NCBI GenBank assembly: GCA_964456845.1
Contig: CAYWCV010000005.1
Coordinates: 14,852 to 78,851 of the forward strand
Length of the DNA: 64,000 bases
From: an uncultured Chitinophagales bacterium
GTDB lineage: Bacteria > Bacteroidota > Rhodothermia > Balneolales > CAYWCV01
Direction: 5' to 3'
Within the stretch, counting starts at the first letter, position 1. The number at the start of each line of letters is the position of its first letter. A program made the position numbers and the translations under genes. Shown piece after piece: positions 45,960-56,400 of this stretch. The notes under the pieces are model-generated. The model ran no database searches. It was not told where the DNA came from and worked only from the letters and a program-made list of their open reading frames with translations.

Positions 45960-48022
45960 AATCTTACCAGAAGGCTAGAATTGATTTGAGTTCTCTTGTT
46001 GTTTTGGATGAGGTCGTCACCCGATCCTATTTGGTATTGATGAGGCCAATGGGTCCTTGCGATTTTAAACCTCACATCAACGTGTTGGCTGGGTTTGTAA
46101 GTGACCAGCATGAAGTGGCGGCTGCCCTCGCCTTGGTACGATGGCAAGGCCGATGCCAATCCTACATCGGGTTCCCAAGCGTATAACCTGGATGCATTGT
46201 TGTCTGAATAAAAAATGGTAACCCGTGCCTGCAAGCGAGTTTTGGATGAAATCCACCAGCTCAGGTCTTGGTGGATCAAGTAACCGTGATGAGCGGCACT
46301 TAAGTCCTCTGTCGCCCGCACCCATTCGGCACGAGTTACCCATGTTGCGCGAGGCAACAAGCTTGTGATAGCGTCTATCTTTGCATTGGCACGAGATGCC
46401 GTAAACTGTTTTCGGTATACCCTGCCCGAAGGGTCTGTTGTATCTTTCTCCTCTTCCCGAACCCTTTGCCGCACCGATGCCTGCAACTCCATGATGCCAA
46501 AGCTTCGTACGAGTTTGCCCCCCCACTCGCTTCCTGCCGTCGGCATAAAGTTGTTGCCTCTGGGTTGAAGGCTCGCAAACAAATCGTTATAAAAAATGAG
46601 CCTTGTTTGCCTGTTTGGGCTGTAATTCAGGCTCAAGAGCCATCCCTTTTCGTTGGATGGCCTGCCAGACCAATTACTCAACGGCGCACCGTACGGCGAC
46701 TGAAACCTCTCACCGTAGTACCTGACCGATGCAGACAGCTCGAGCACATCCGTCAAGGATGACTCAACGGCCAAAATGGCGGCATTGCCGGCGGCATAAT
46801 CTGTGGCCACTTCGGCTTGGAATGAAGCTCCTCTGAAGGTTAGCGCGAAGTCTGAGCTGAGAATCCCAAAATACCGGCCTTGCAAACCCATGTCTCCATA
46901 TGGAGTAGGAGTTGGTTTAATAGGGGTAGACGTCGTGGCCGACCATGCGGCAACGCCCAGCTGATACCGTTTTTTATGTATTCCCCCTCTAGCGCCGATC
47001 AACTTGACTGAAAAATTATCCCTTCGGCCAACCTCATCGTTCGTGCGGAATAAAGGTTCAGACGCACCCCATTTCACACCTGTGCTGTCGGCATTGGTGC
47101 CCGTGTAGGATCGGTTCGAGGCCCATATCACAGTCCGAATCTGATTTCCCAGGCTTACCGCAACACCTGAATGTCCGATAACGTAGGATGAACCTGCATA
47201 GGGGGACAATTCACTCCTTGGTGTGCGGGTCGTTGTCAAATCAAATCCCTTTTTGGGAGACCTGCCGGCGCTCATCGACAAACCCATCCCATATGACACC
47301 TTGTACTTGCCAAGGAGCACTTGGTTGGCAAGCGGCAAATTCGAAAGACCGATGTGGGACACCTGGAGTATGGTTCGACTATTCAACCCGACGGCACCGG
47401 GCGCACTCCTTAAGTGGGTTCCAGCAGTAAGCCTTCTGGATCGCAGGATGAACCGTTGGTACCTCTCCCAGGGCGGACCTGGATATACACGGTCCCGGTT
47501 TGGCAAATCGTCCCGGAAACCATTGGCCTTTTCGACGGTACCCCTCACTCTCGACAGTGATTCGAACTTAAGACCAGCGGTCCAGTAGTCGGGATCCAGA
47601 ACGGTGTCTCGTATGACGTCCACGGCAGAACCAAGCGTTATATAGGGCTGAATCCTTTGCCATACGCTCGTTGGGATGCCCGGGATTGATCGCAGCTGAT
47701 CATAACTGGCAAACCCTCCAAGCCTTTCCCGTTGGCGAAGAATTGACCGAGCATACGTTGGACGCATGGCTGGTATTTGCATGAACTCCTCAAATAGCGC
47801 CGTATTCACTTTCACGGGGTTGCGAGCCAGCTCGTCGAGCACGATTAGAACATCCTCAATTTCATCGCCGGTAGACTCCTCATCGATCAAAAAAGCATCC
47901 ATTTCGGAAACTTGGTCTGTTCGGTACAACCAATTGGGATCGCCGGCCATACCATGCTGCTGGCGTACAGTCGAACAGGAGGCGAGCAGAAAAAGGGCGA
48001 AACATGAATGAGAGCGCATCAT
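45956..48022 (-). CDS. lipoprotein with N-terminal tandem helix-hairpin-helix (ComEA-like) region and a large predicted beta-barrel C-terminal domain
   Basis: Trimmed to the ATG at 48022 (MMRSHSCFALFLLASCS, lipobox LASC), which overlaps the upstream stop (ATGA). The HhH region is FMQIPAMRPTYARSILRQRERLGGFASYDQLRSIPGIPTSVWQRI. About 500 aa of amphipathic beta-strand pattern follow. Confidence 0.7.
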   Translation of the reverse strand: MMRSHSCFALFLLASCSTVRQQHGMAGDPNWLYRTDQVSEMDAFLIDEESTGDEIEDVLIVLDELARNPVKVNTALFEEFMQIPAMRPTYARSILRQRERLGGFASYDQLRSIPGIPTSVWQRIQPYITLGSAVDVIRDTVLDPDYWTAGLKFESLSRVRGTVEKANGFRDDLPNRDRVYPGPPWERYQRFILRSRRLTAGTHLRSAPGAVGLNSRTILQVSHIGLSNLPLANQVLLGKYKVSYGMGLSMSAGRSPKKGFDLTTTRTPRSELSPYAGSSYVIGHSGVAVSLGNQIRTVIWASNRSYTGTNADSTGVKWGASEPLFRTNDEVGRRDNFSVKLIGARGGIHKKRYQLGVAAWSATTSTPIKPTPTPYGDMGLQGRYFGILSSDFALTFRGASFQAEVATDYAAGNAAILAVESSLTDVLELSASVRYYGERFQSPYGAPLSNWSGRPSNEKGWLLSLNYSPNRQTRLIFYNDLFASLQPRGNNFMPTAGSEWGGKLVRSFGIMELQASVRQRVREEEKDTTDPSGRVYRKQFTASRANAKIDAITSLLPRATWVTRAEWVRATEDLSAAHHGYLIHQDLSWWISSKTRLQARVTIFYSDNNASRLYAWEPDVGLASALPSYQGEGSRHFMLVTYKPSQHVDVRFKIARTHWPHQYQIGSGDDLIQNNKRTQINSSLLVRL

Positions 48023-48876
48023 TTCACTAACCTCCCGATCCAGTAATTCTGACGCCACCCCAAGGGTTCGTTGGTGATCTTCGCAAGGCTGATGCCAGAA
48101 AGAAATCCACTTTTGTAAAATCGCATCCCCATTTCGATACGCGATGGCATCGTGCCAAGACCAAGGCTGAGTACAAGGATGTCGTGGACTTTCCATGCAA
48201 GGCCTCCCCTGTAGTCGATCGGAAACTGATCGCTGACACTCAGTCCCCCTCCCATCGACACATTCGGGTGAGGGGTGTGAAATAAGTCGATATCTACGAG
48301 ACGCTCTATCGGATCGCCACCCATCATCCAGTTTGATCCAAGAACATTTTGGACACGTGCTGCGAGCTGTAGATCATCGCGGATTGCTTTATGGATATGG
48401 CTCTGAACGACAATTGCTCTGTCGTTTTGGTAGGGGTTTTGAAGTTTAAGCATCCAGAACTCAGCCCCAAGGCCCAATTTGACGCCATTGGTGGCATATT
48501 GGGCCGACGCTTGGGTAACCCAATGCCGCATTTGGGTCCAGCCCAACAAGCTGCCACCTAATGCAACCGATGACTTCGATCGTCTCAAACCTACTTGAAT
48601 CCATGGCTCGTCAAGTTCTTTCAGGCCAAACGAGCGTTGCACACCACTGGCGAACCAGAATCGGCCGTCTGGGTGTATTACAACGTCTGGTGCCCTATCT
48701 GAAGTCGGCAATAATGCCACTCCCGATTGGGACCAGTTTCCAGAGCCCTGTGCATGAATCGGATTGGTCGTGCATACGCAAGCCCACACAATGATCGTTA
48801 TAACGGCAAAACAAACCGGACACAGGTGGCACCGTTTTTTGGGATGGTCGATATGTGTACCTTTAGTCGTATACAT
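48019..48876 (-). CDS. small predicted outer-membrane beta-barrel protein; start uncertain
   Basis: The track ORF (to 49323) overlaps the divergent gene. A plausible start is the ATG at 48876 or 48888, preceding the hydrophobic signal CFAVITIIVWACV...IHAQ. The mature part is rich in alternating aromatic/hydrophobic strands. No recognisable catalytic motif. Confidence 0.5.
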   Translation of the reverse strand: MYTTKGTHIDHPKKRCHLCPVCFAVITIIVWACVCTTNPIHAQGSGNWSQSGVALLPTSDRAPDVVIHPDGRFWFASGVQRSFGLKELDEPWIQVGLRRSKSSVALGGSLLGWTQMRHWVTQASAQYATNGVKLGLGAEFWMLKLQNPYQNDRAIVVQSHIHKAIRDDLQLAARVQNVLGSNWMMGGDPIERLVDIDLFHTPHPNVSMGGGLSVSDQFPIDYRGGLAWKVHDILVLSLGLGTMPSRIEMGMRFYKSGFLSGISLAKITNEPLGWRQNYWIGRLVK

Positions 48877-48915
48877 GGCTATATCCATAAGAGCCACGAG
48901 AAAGCAATTCCTTAC

Positions 48916-49824
48916 ATGCGAAATCGCATTTTTTACAACTTTTTTTTCATGTTGGCCCTGTTGGGTCTGCACAGCTCGACCTTTGCCCAAGAAATCAAGG
49001 CTGTCGTGACCCTCGACAAGTCGCAATTGACCGGTGCCACCGGCATCAATTATGTCGACGACATCAAATCGGTAATCGAACGGTACATTAACGAGCACAA
49101 ATGGACCACCGACACTTACCGCGAGGAAGAGCGGATTGTCATGAACATCCAGGTAAGCCTTCTGTCGATCGACGGCAACTCCAATTTTGAGACTGCTCTG
49201 ATCGTCACCGCTGAGCGTCCCATTTATAATTCGACGTCTCAGAGTATGCTGTTCCAGTTTTCGGAACCGTCGTGGAGGTTCAACTACACACCGAACAGGA
49301 CGCTCTTGAACGACCCGCTGCAATATGACGACTTCGCAACCATGCTCGATTACTATGCTTTGCTTGCATTGGGCTATGATGGCGACTCTTTTGCCGAATT
49401 GGGCGGCTCACCCTTTTTCAGAAGGGCCCAGAACATCGTGGATGTGGCATCAGCCGCAGGTGGCACTGGTTGGTCGAGCAGCACCTCGACTTTAAGAAAC
49501 CGCTACTTTTTAATCTCGCGACTCAACGACCCCAACTACGACCGTTTCCGTCGGGCCTACTACCAGTACCACCGTCGCGGTTTGGATGTGTTTATCGACA
49601 GTCAGGCGACAGCCAGGACTAATGTCATGGAGGCGTTGCGCTCGATCTATGAGAACAAACGCCAGACTGCAGACACCTTCGTCTTCGACATGTTCTTCAA
49701 CGCGAAATACCGTGAACTTACCGGCATTTTTGGAGACGCGGACCAGCAACAGCGTATCCAAGCCTACCAGCTACTGTCGCAGGCCGACCCATCGCACCTT
49801 ACGGAGTATGATAAACTGAGATAG
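48916..49824 (+). CDS. DUF4835-like periplasmic protein (a family I believe has been linked to T9SS as PorD; unverified)
   Basis: Trimmed to the ATG at 48916 (MRNRIFYNFFFMLALLGLHSSTFAQ). The conserved-looking blocks VVTLDKSQL...YINEHKWT and LLALGYDGDSF...RNRYFLI..L match my memory of DUF4835 proteins. Confidence 0.55.
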   Translation: MRNRIFYNFFFMLALLGLHSSTFAQEIKAVVTLDKSQLTGATGINYVDDIKSVIERYINEHKWTTDTYREEERIVMNIQVSLLSIDGNSNFETALIVTAERPIYNSTSQSMLFQFSEPSWRFNYTPNRTLLNDPLQYDDFATMLDYYALLALGYDGDSFAELGGSPFFRRAQNIVDVASAAGGTGWSSSTSTLRNRYFLISRLNDPNYDRFRRAYYQYHRRGLDVFIDSQATARTNVMEALRSIYENKRQTADTFVFDMFFNAKYRELTGIFGDADQQQRIQAYQLLSQADPSHLTEYDKLR

Positions 49825-49870
49825 GTTTTTTCCTATATTCAACACAGCACTGAATAAAAGCTGTGAAATT

Positions 49871-50845
49871 TTGGATCGTAAATCATTTGTAAAATTAGCT
49901 GGAATTGCAACAACAGGAATCGCCCTAAGTTCTTGCGCACCCCAACTTAACACACAAAAAGGTGCTGCACCTTTGGTCGTGGCTACATGGGCTAACCGTG
50001 TGGCGGTTCAGACGGCTTGGGACGTATTGCTACAGGGCGGAAGCGTGGTCGACGCCGTTGAAGCTGGAGCCCGGATACCGGAGGCGGATCCCAACGACAG
50101 GTCGGTCGGCTACGGAGGTCATCCCGACCGCAATGGGGTGATGAGTCTCGATGCAAGCATCATGGACGGCAAAGGCAATTGCGGGGCCGTAGCGGCCGTC
50201 GAAGGCATCATGCATCCCGTCAGCCTGGCTCGCATCGTGATGGAGAAGACACCCCATGTGATGATTGCCGGAGATGGAGCCCGCAACTTGGCTGCCGAGC
50301 ACGGAATTCCTATTGAGAATATCTTGTCGCCCGAATCGGAAATTGACTTTAATAAGTGGCGCGAAAGCCAGGGTGATTACAGCCCGTTCGAACATCCTAC
50401 AGATAACCACGACACGATCGGGATACTGGCGCTTGGGGCCGACCGACAGATGGCTGGCGCGTGCAGCACCAGCGGCATGGCCTACAAACTGCCAGGACGC
50501 GTTGGAGACTCGCCTATCATCGGTGCCGGACTCTTCGTGGACGACGAGGTCGGTGCCGCCACGGCCACCGGTAACGGCGAAGAAATGATCCGAATTGCCG
50601 GATGCCATCTTGTCGTAGAGCTTATGCGCAACGGTGCCACACCGCAGTCGGCATGTGAGGAAGCCATCGCGCGCGTGATCAAGAAACACGGTGAATCGGC
50701 CAAAGACATCTTGGTTTGCTTCCTGGCAACAAGTGTCCAAGGCGAAATTGGAGCATGGAGCACCAGGCCGGGTTTTGAGTACTGCATCATTACACCCGAT
50801 CAAGAACTAACGGTGGTAAAGGTTGGTAACGCCTTTGGTTTATAA
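49871..50845 (+). CDS. N4-(beta-N-acetylglucosaminyl)-L-asparaginase / isoaspartyl peptidase (Ntn hydrolase)
   Basis: Autoprocessing site HDTIGILAL. GAGLFVDDEVGAATATGNGEEM is also present. It has an exported signal with a TTG start (MDRKSFVKLAGIATTGIALSSC). Confidence 0.8.
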   Translation: MDRKSFVKLAGIATTGIALSSCAPQLNTQKGAAPLVVATWANRVAVQTAWDVLLQGGSVVDAVEAGARIPEADPNDRSVGYGGHPDRNGVMSLDASIMDGKGNCGAVAAVEGIMHPVSLARIVMEKTPHVMIAGDGARNLAAEHGIPIENILSPESEIDFNKWRESQGDYSPFEHPTDNHDTIGILALGADRQMAGACSTSGMAYKLPGRVGDSPIIGAGLFVDDEVGAATATGNGEEMIRIAGCHLVVELMRNGATPQSACEEAIARVIKKHGESAKDILVCFLATSVQGEIGAWSTRPGFEYCIITPDQELTVVKVGNAFGL

Positions 50846-50946
50846 GACTTAGTGATTCGCCAATCAACGAGCAGATTGAGATTTCTTTATTTATCTTGGA
50901 TGTATAGGGGAGATTTTGACATTCAAAGAGAGATTAAAGAAATACC

Positions 50947-53355
50947 ATGAAATCCTTTCTGACGACGATCATATTGTTATTGTCTGTCGTCCCATCATTG
51001 GCGCAGATCAGCCAAGTCACCGTTTCCGGGATTGTCCGCGAGGAGCAGGGCCGCACCCCCCTCCCCTATGTCAATGTCGTGCTTTTCCAGGGGCTTGACA
51101 GCACCTTTGTATCAGGCACAGTAACCAACGAGGCCGGCCTGTTCACGTTTCAAGGAGTCAAACCGGGGAACTATACGATGCGTCTATCGATCATAGGCTT
51201 CGAGCGCAGATACATTCCGATCCAAGTGGGCAGCCTTTCGGCATTTCTTGATGTGGGCTCCTATTACATGAAGGAGTCAAGCACCCGCTTGGGCGATGTG
51301 ACGGTGACCGGCCAGCGCGACGCGATCGACGAGCAGCTCGACAAGAAAAGCTACTCCCTCCAAGATAATATCAGCCAATTGGGTGGCTCCGTTCTGCAGG
51401 CGATGCAAAACCTTCCGGGTATCACCATAGACCGCGAAGGGAAGGTCTTCCTGCGTGGCAGTGAGAATGTCGCCATCTTGCTCGATGGCAAGCAGACCGC
51501 CATAACCGGTGTGGGTGCCCAGTCGGGCCTCGACAATATCCCGGCATCGGCCATCGAGCGGATCGAGATCATAACGAACCCTTCGGCCCGATTCGACGCC
51601 AGCGGTAACGCAGGTGTGATCAACATCATCTTCCGAAAAGAAAGCGACGAAGGTCTGAACGGCCGAGCCGGCTTCGTGTTCGGGATGGGTGGACTTACGT
51701 CGCGTCGGACCAATTTCGCCGGGATGCGCGACCAGTACCGTTTCAGCCCAAAACTGAACCCGTCTATATCGGGCAACTATAAGAAGGGAGACGTCAATCT
51801 GTTCGTTCAGTCCGATCTGCTTTGGCACAAGACCAATATGAAAAGCGAATTCACCGACAGGGTGTACCTGTCGGGCGAAGGAATCACCCAACAGTTCCAG
51901 GAGAACCGGACGCAGCCCATCTTCAATTTCAAGACGGGCTTCGACTGGTATGTGAATCCATCGAACGAATTCAGCTTTTCGTTGCTGTTCAACCATCGTG
52001 AGTACACCGACCTAGGCGACATCCCCTACCTGAACACGATTACCAGGCAGCAGAACCGCCTGTGGAAGTACTACGAAAATGAGGTGAACCAAACACTTTT
52101 TGCCACCCTTACGCACGCGTTCGCCTTTATTCAACCAGGCCACAAGCTCGTCACGTCATTGAACTACTCCTACAGACACAAAGACGAGGTGTTTTACTTC
52201 GACAACATCTTACCGAGCTTTGTTGGGACGGATACTACCAGCCTCATTGCCGACGAGCACATCTGGGATTTCACGATGGATTACACCAAACCGCTGCGTT
52301 CAGGTCGTCTTGAGTTGGGTACCAAACAGCGCAGCCGGGTTTTCCCAAACGACATCATGTTTGACCCAGGGTTCAACTCGATTCTTGACCCCGGTTTGGC
52401 GGGTACGGCCGAATACAGAGAATGGCTCTCGGCCGGATACGCGAACATGGTCTTCGAACGCGACCGGCTCCAGCTCGAAGGTGGGCTCCGGCTCGAGTAC
52501 GTGGAGGTCGACTACCTCGTCGATCCCAACCACAGGGTATACACAAGCGACGGATTCAGCTATATCGACCTGTTTCCAAGCCTGCGGGCCACTCGCCTGC
52601 TGCCGGGCGACGTACGGGTGTCGGCGCATTACAACCGACGTGTCGACCGACCGGAAGAAAGTGCCCTTCGCGTGTTTCCGACCTATGCCAACCCTGAAAT
52701 CTTAGTGTTGGGCAACCCCGGTCTGGAACCGCAGTTCACCCAGAGCATGGAATTGGGTTTCCGTAAGGCTTGGGGTGACGGGTACGTTTCGAGTGTTGTT
52801 TACCACCGCATCACCGACAACCTGATGACCCGTATCATCACGCAGGTTCCAGGTACCGAGCGGCTCACCTCTGTCTCACAGAACGCCGACAAGGGTTGGA
52901 ACACCGGCTTTGAAACGGTTTTATCGCAACGCTTTGGAAGCAGTTTCAACTTGAACGCCAGTGCGAATCTGTATCAAAATCGGATCGGGGATTTCACCAT
53001 TGTGAATGCATACCCGAACAATACCACCTTCAGTCGGGGTGAAGAGTCGAATTACACCGGTAACGTGAAGTTAAATGGCCTCTTCAAGTTGGCTGCTGGG
53101 TTCGACTTCCAGGTGACAGGCACCTATTTGGCTGCAGACATCATACCACAAGGCAAGATTCTGCCCAGGTATTCGATGGATATCGGCTTGAATTGGAAAG
53201 TCCAAGGCGGCCAGGGTGAACTTTTTCTTAACGCCAGCGACCTGTTCTCGACCTTGGTCACCGAGCAGGAGCTCGAGGGAGCCGGATTCGTGTTGCGCTC
53301 GAAAGACTACTACGAAACACAGGTGGTTCGTATCGGATATCAATACCGATTTTGA
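50947..53355 (+). CDS. TonB-dependent-receptor-like outer-membrane beta-barrel (CarboxypepD_reg + plug + barrel)
   Basis: Signal peptide present. VSGIVREEQGRTPLPYVNVVLF...TNEAGLFTF.GVKPGNYTMRLSIIGF is followed by a plug (VFLRGSENVAILLDGK). The terminal sequence is IGYQYRF. Confidence 0.8.
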   Translation: MKSFLTTIILLLSVVPSLAQISQVTVSGIVREEQGRTPLPYVNVVLFQGLDSTFVSGTVTNEAGLFTFQGVKPGNYTMRLSIIGFERRYIPIQVGSLSAFLDVGSYYMKESSTRLGDVTVTGQRDAIDEQLDKKSYSLQDNISQLGGSVLQAMQNLPGITIDREGKVFLRGSENVAILLDGKQTAITGVGAQSGLDNIPASAIERIEIITNPSARFDASGNAGVINIIFRKESDEGLNGRAGFVFGMGGLTSRRTNFAGMRDQYRFSPKLNPSISGNYKKGDVNLFVQSDLLWHKTNMKSEFTDRVYLSGEGITQQFQENRTQPIFNFKTGFDWYVNPSNEFSFSLLFNHREYTDLGDIPYLNTITRQQNRLWKYYENEVNQTLFATLTHAFAFIQPGHKLVTSLNYSYRHKDEVFYFDNILPSFVGTDTTSLIADEHIWDFTMDYTKPLRSGRLELGTKQRSRVFPNDIMFDPGFNSILDPGLAGTAEYREWLSAGYANMVFERDRLQLEGGLRLEYVEVDYLVDPNHRVYTSDGFSYIDLFPSLRATRLLPGDVRVSAHYNRRVDRPEESALRVFPTYANPEILVLGNPGLEPQFTQSMELGFRKAWGDGYVSSVVYHRITDNLMTRIITQVPGTERLTSVSQNADKGWNTGFETVLSQRFGSSFNLNASANLYQNRIGDFTIVNAYPNNTTFSRGEESNYTGNVKLNGLFKLAAGFDFQVTGTYLAADIIPQGKILPRYSMDIGLNWKVQGGQGELFLNASDLFSTLVTEQELEGAGFVLRSKDYYETQVVRIGYQYRF

Positions 53356-53464
53356 GCCTTCGGCTTAAAAGTTATCTGTTGGGTATTTGGGATATCTGAT
53401 CTACATTCCCTAAAACTGGGTCCGTAAAGCTCGTGTCGCATTTATTCAACTAATTGTATATGCC

Positions 53465-56400
53465 ATGATTCGATTTGTGTGTCGTCCGTTGCGTGTTGCA
53501 TTCATCGCAATTTTTCTGGTTGGTTCATTGGGTATGGTGGGATGGGCCCAAGAATCCGCATCACAGAAGTCCGATTCGCTGAAGATTACCAAGCACGACA
53601 AAGATTTGCCGATGGATCCAGACCGCGTGGTTTCGTTCACGACCCAGGAGGGCTCTTGGATGTCGATCGATGTGAGCCCTGACGGGAAAACAGTAGTCTT
53701 CGACATGCTCGGCGACCTGTTCACCATGCCTATCACGGGGGGCAAGGCCGATCGCATCACCACAGGGATGGCTTTCGACACACGGCCTAGATTCAGCCCC
53801 GATGGGAAGAGCCTGCTGTTCACTTCCGACCGCGACGGTGCCGAGAACTTGTGGGTCATGAACTTGGACACAAAGGAGAGTAAGCAGCTCACAAAGGGCG
53901 ACAATAATAACTATCCCTCGGCCGATTGGACACCCGACGGGTTATACGTGGTTGCAGCCAGAGGACGTATGCAAGTCAAGTTGTGGCTTTTCCATGTCGA
54001 GGGCGGCAGTGGCGTTCAGCTCACGAAAGGCGCGGACACGTGGAAAACCATCGATCCGGCGGTGAGCCCCAACGGACGCTACGTCTACTTCTCGCAGCGC
54101 ACCGGTGCCTGGAACTATAATGCGCAACTCCCACAGTACCAGATTGGGCTTTTCGACCGCGAGGACGGAACCACACAGACGTTGACATCCCGCTATGGAT
54201 CGGCCTTCACGCCAGTAGTTTCGCCCGACGGTAAGTGGATGGTGTACGGGTCCAGATTCGAGACTGAGACTGGATTGGTCATTCGTGACCTTGCTACCGG
54301 CGAAGAACGTTGGCTTGCGTATCCCATTCAGCGCGACGACCAGGAGTCGATCGCAACCATGGGTGTTCTTCCGGGGATGTCGTTCACACCCGATAGCAAG
54401 GAGCTTGTTGCTACATGGGACGGAAAATTCTGGCGCATACCAGTGGATGGTGGAGAGGCAATGGCAATTCCATTCGAAGCCGACGCTGAAATTCATCTTG
54501 GTCCCATGGTCGAATTCAAGTATCCGATTTCGGACGACAAGCAGGCTGTTGCGACGCAGATCAGGGATGCTGTTCCATCTCCAGATGGCAAACACTTGGC
54601 CTTCACGGTATTGAATAAACTTTACGTGATGGAAATTCCCTCTGGTGAGCCACGCCGTGTAACCAACGCCACGCACACGGAGGCACAGCCCGCATGGTCA
54701 CCAAACGGACAGTCGCTGGCTTGGGTAACGTGGGATGGCAACGAGGGTCATCTTTACAAGATCCAGCCGTTCGCACGAGGCGCACAGCCCGTAAGGCTGA
54801 CATCCATGCCGGCGTTGTACACGCAGCCCGCCTGGTCTTACCTCAGCGACCGCATCGTGATGCTGCGCGGTTCAAGCCGAAGCTACCAGCAATCGTCGGG
54901 TCCAGGTGCCTTTGGCTCTTCGGAGGACATCATATGGATCCCCTCAAACGGAGGTGATGCTACACTCGTCAGTAAAGCGTCAGGACGCAGCAATCCGCAT
55001 TTTGTGAAATCAAACGACCGAATCTACATGAACCAAGGCGCCCAAGGCCTTATATCGATACGATGGGATGGTACTGACCAAAAGTCTCACGTACGTGTTA
55101 CGGGTATCACGACGTTCGGCATGATGGACTTCGAGGGCTACATTCGAGACCATGCATCGGGCGACGGTCACGACCATGCCCTAAAACCCCAGTTACTCCC
55201 CGATCCGAAATACATGATGGAGCCTCAGACGCCGACATCCGCCACATGGCTGCGAATGGCCCCCGAGGGAGATCAGGCACTTGCACTGATCAACAACGAC
55301 ATCTATACCGTGACTGTGCCGATGGCGGGTGAAGCACCGACCATATCGGTTTCGAACCCAAGCAACGCATCCTTCCCCGCCCGCAAGCTCACCGAGATCG
55401 GAGGCCAGTTTCCTGCTTGGTCGTCCGACGCCAATAACGTGCACTGGTCAATTGGAAATGCCCACATTGTCTACAACTTGGAAGACGCAAGTGCATTTGC
55501 CGACAGCCTTTCGGCAGCAAAGAAAGCCGAAGAGGAAAGAAAGAAATTGGAAGAAGGCAAAGGTGAGGATAAAGAGGATGAAGGGGCGAAGGATGATGAT
55601 AAAGATGAGCCGAAAAAGCCCGAGAAGTATTCGCCGACCGAATTCAGGGTTAAGGTCAGCTTTACCCGCGACATTCCGGATGGTACCATTTTAATGCGGG
55701 GAGCCAGAATCATTACGATGAACGGGGATGAAATCATCGAAAGTGGTGATATCCTGGTCGAACGGAACCGGATCGTAGCCGTTGCTCCCTCTGGTAGCAT
55801 CACGGTTCCAGCAGGAACCAAGGAGATGGATCTATCGGGTAAGACGGTGGTCCCTGGATTTGTTGATACCCACGCCCACATGTGGCCGGCTTGGGGACTA
55901 CATAAGACGGAAGTGTGGAATTATGCCGTGAACCTCGCATATGGCGTCACCACCACACGCGATCCCCAGACAGCCACCACCGATGTACTGACCTACAGCG
56001 ACATGGTCGACGCAGGAATGATGCCGGGACCTCGGGTATATTCAACCGGACCCGGGCTCGGCTTTTGGGGGTATAACATCGAAAGTCTGGACCATGCACG
56101 TAATGTGATGAAACAGTACAGCGAGTACTACAACACAAAGACACTGAAGATGTACTTGGCCGGGAATCGCAAGCAGCGGCAATGGATCCTCATGGCAGCC
56201 AAAGAACAGCAGATCATGCCCACGACTGAGGGTGGACTGAACTGGAAGCTGAACATGACACAGCTGATCGACGGATATCCTGGCCACGAGCATGCGTTCC
56301 CAATCTATCCGATCTACAATGACGTCATCAAGACTGTCGCCACATCACAAATGGCCTATACCCCGACGCTATTGGTAGCCTATGGTGGACCCTGGGCGGA

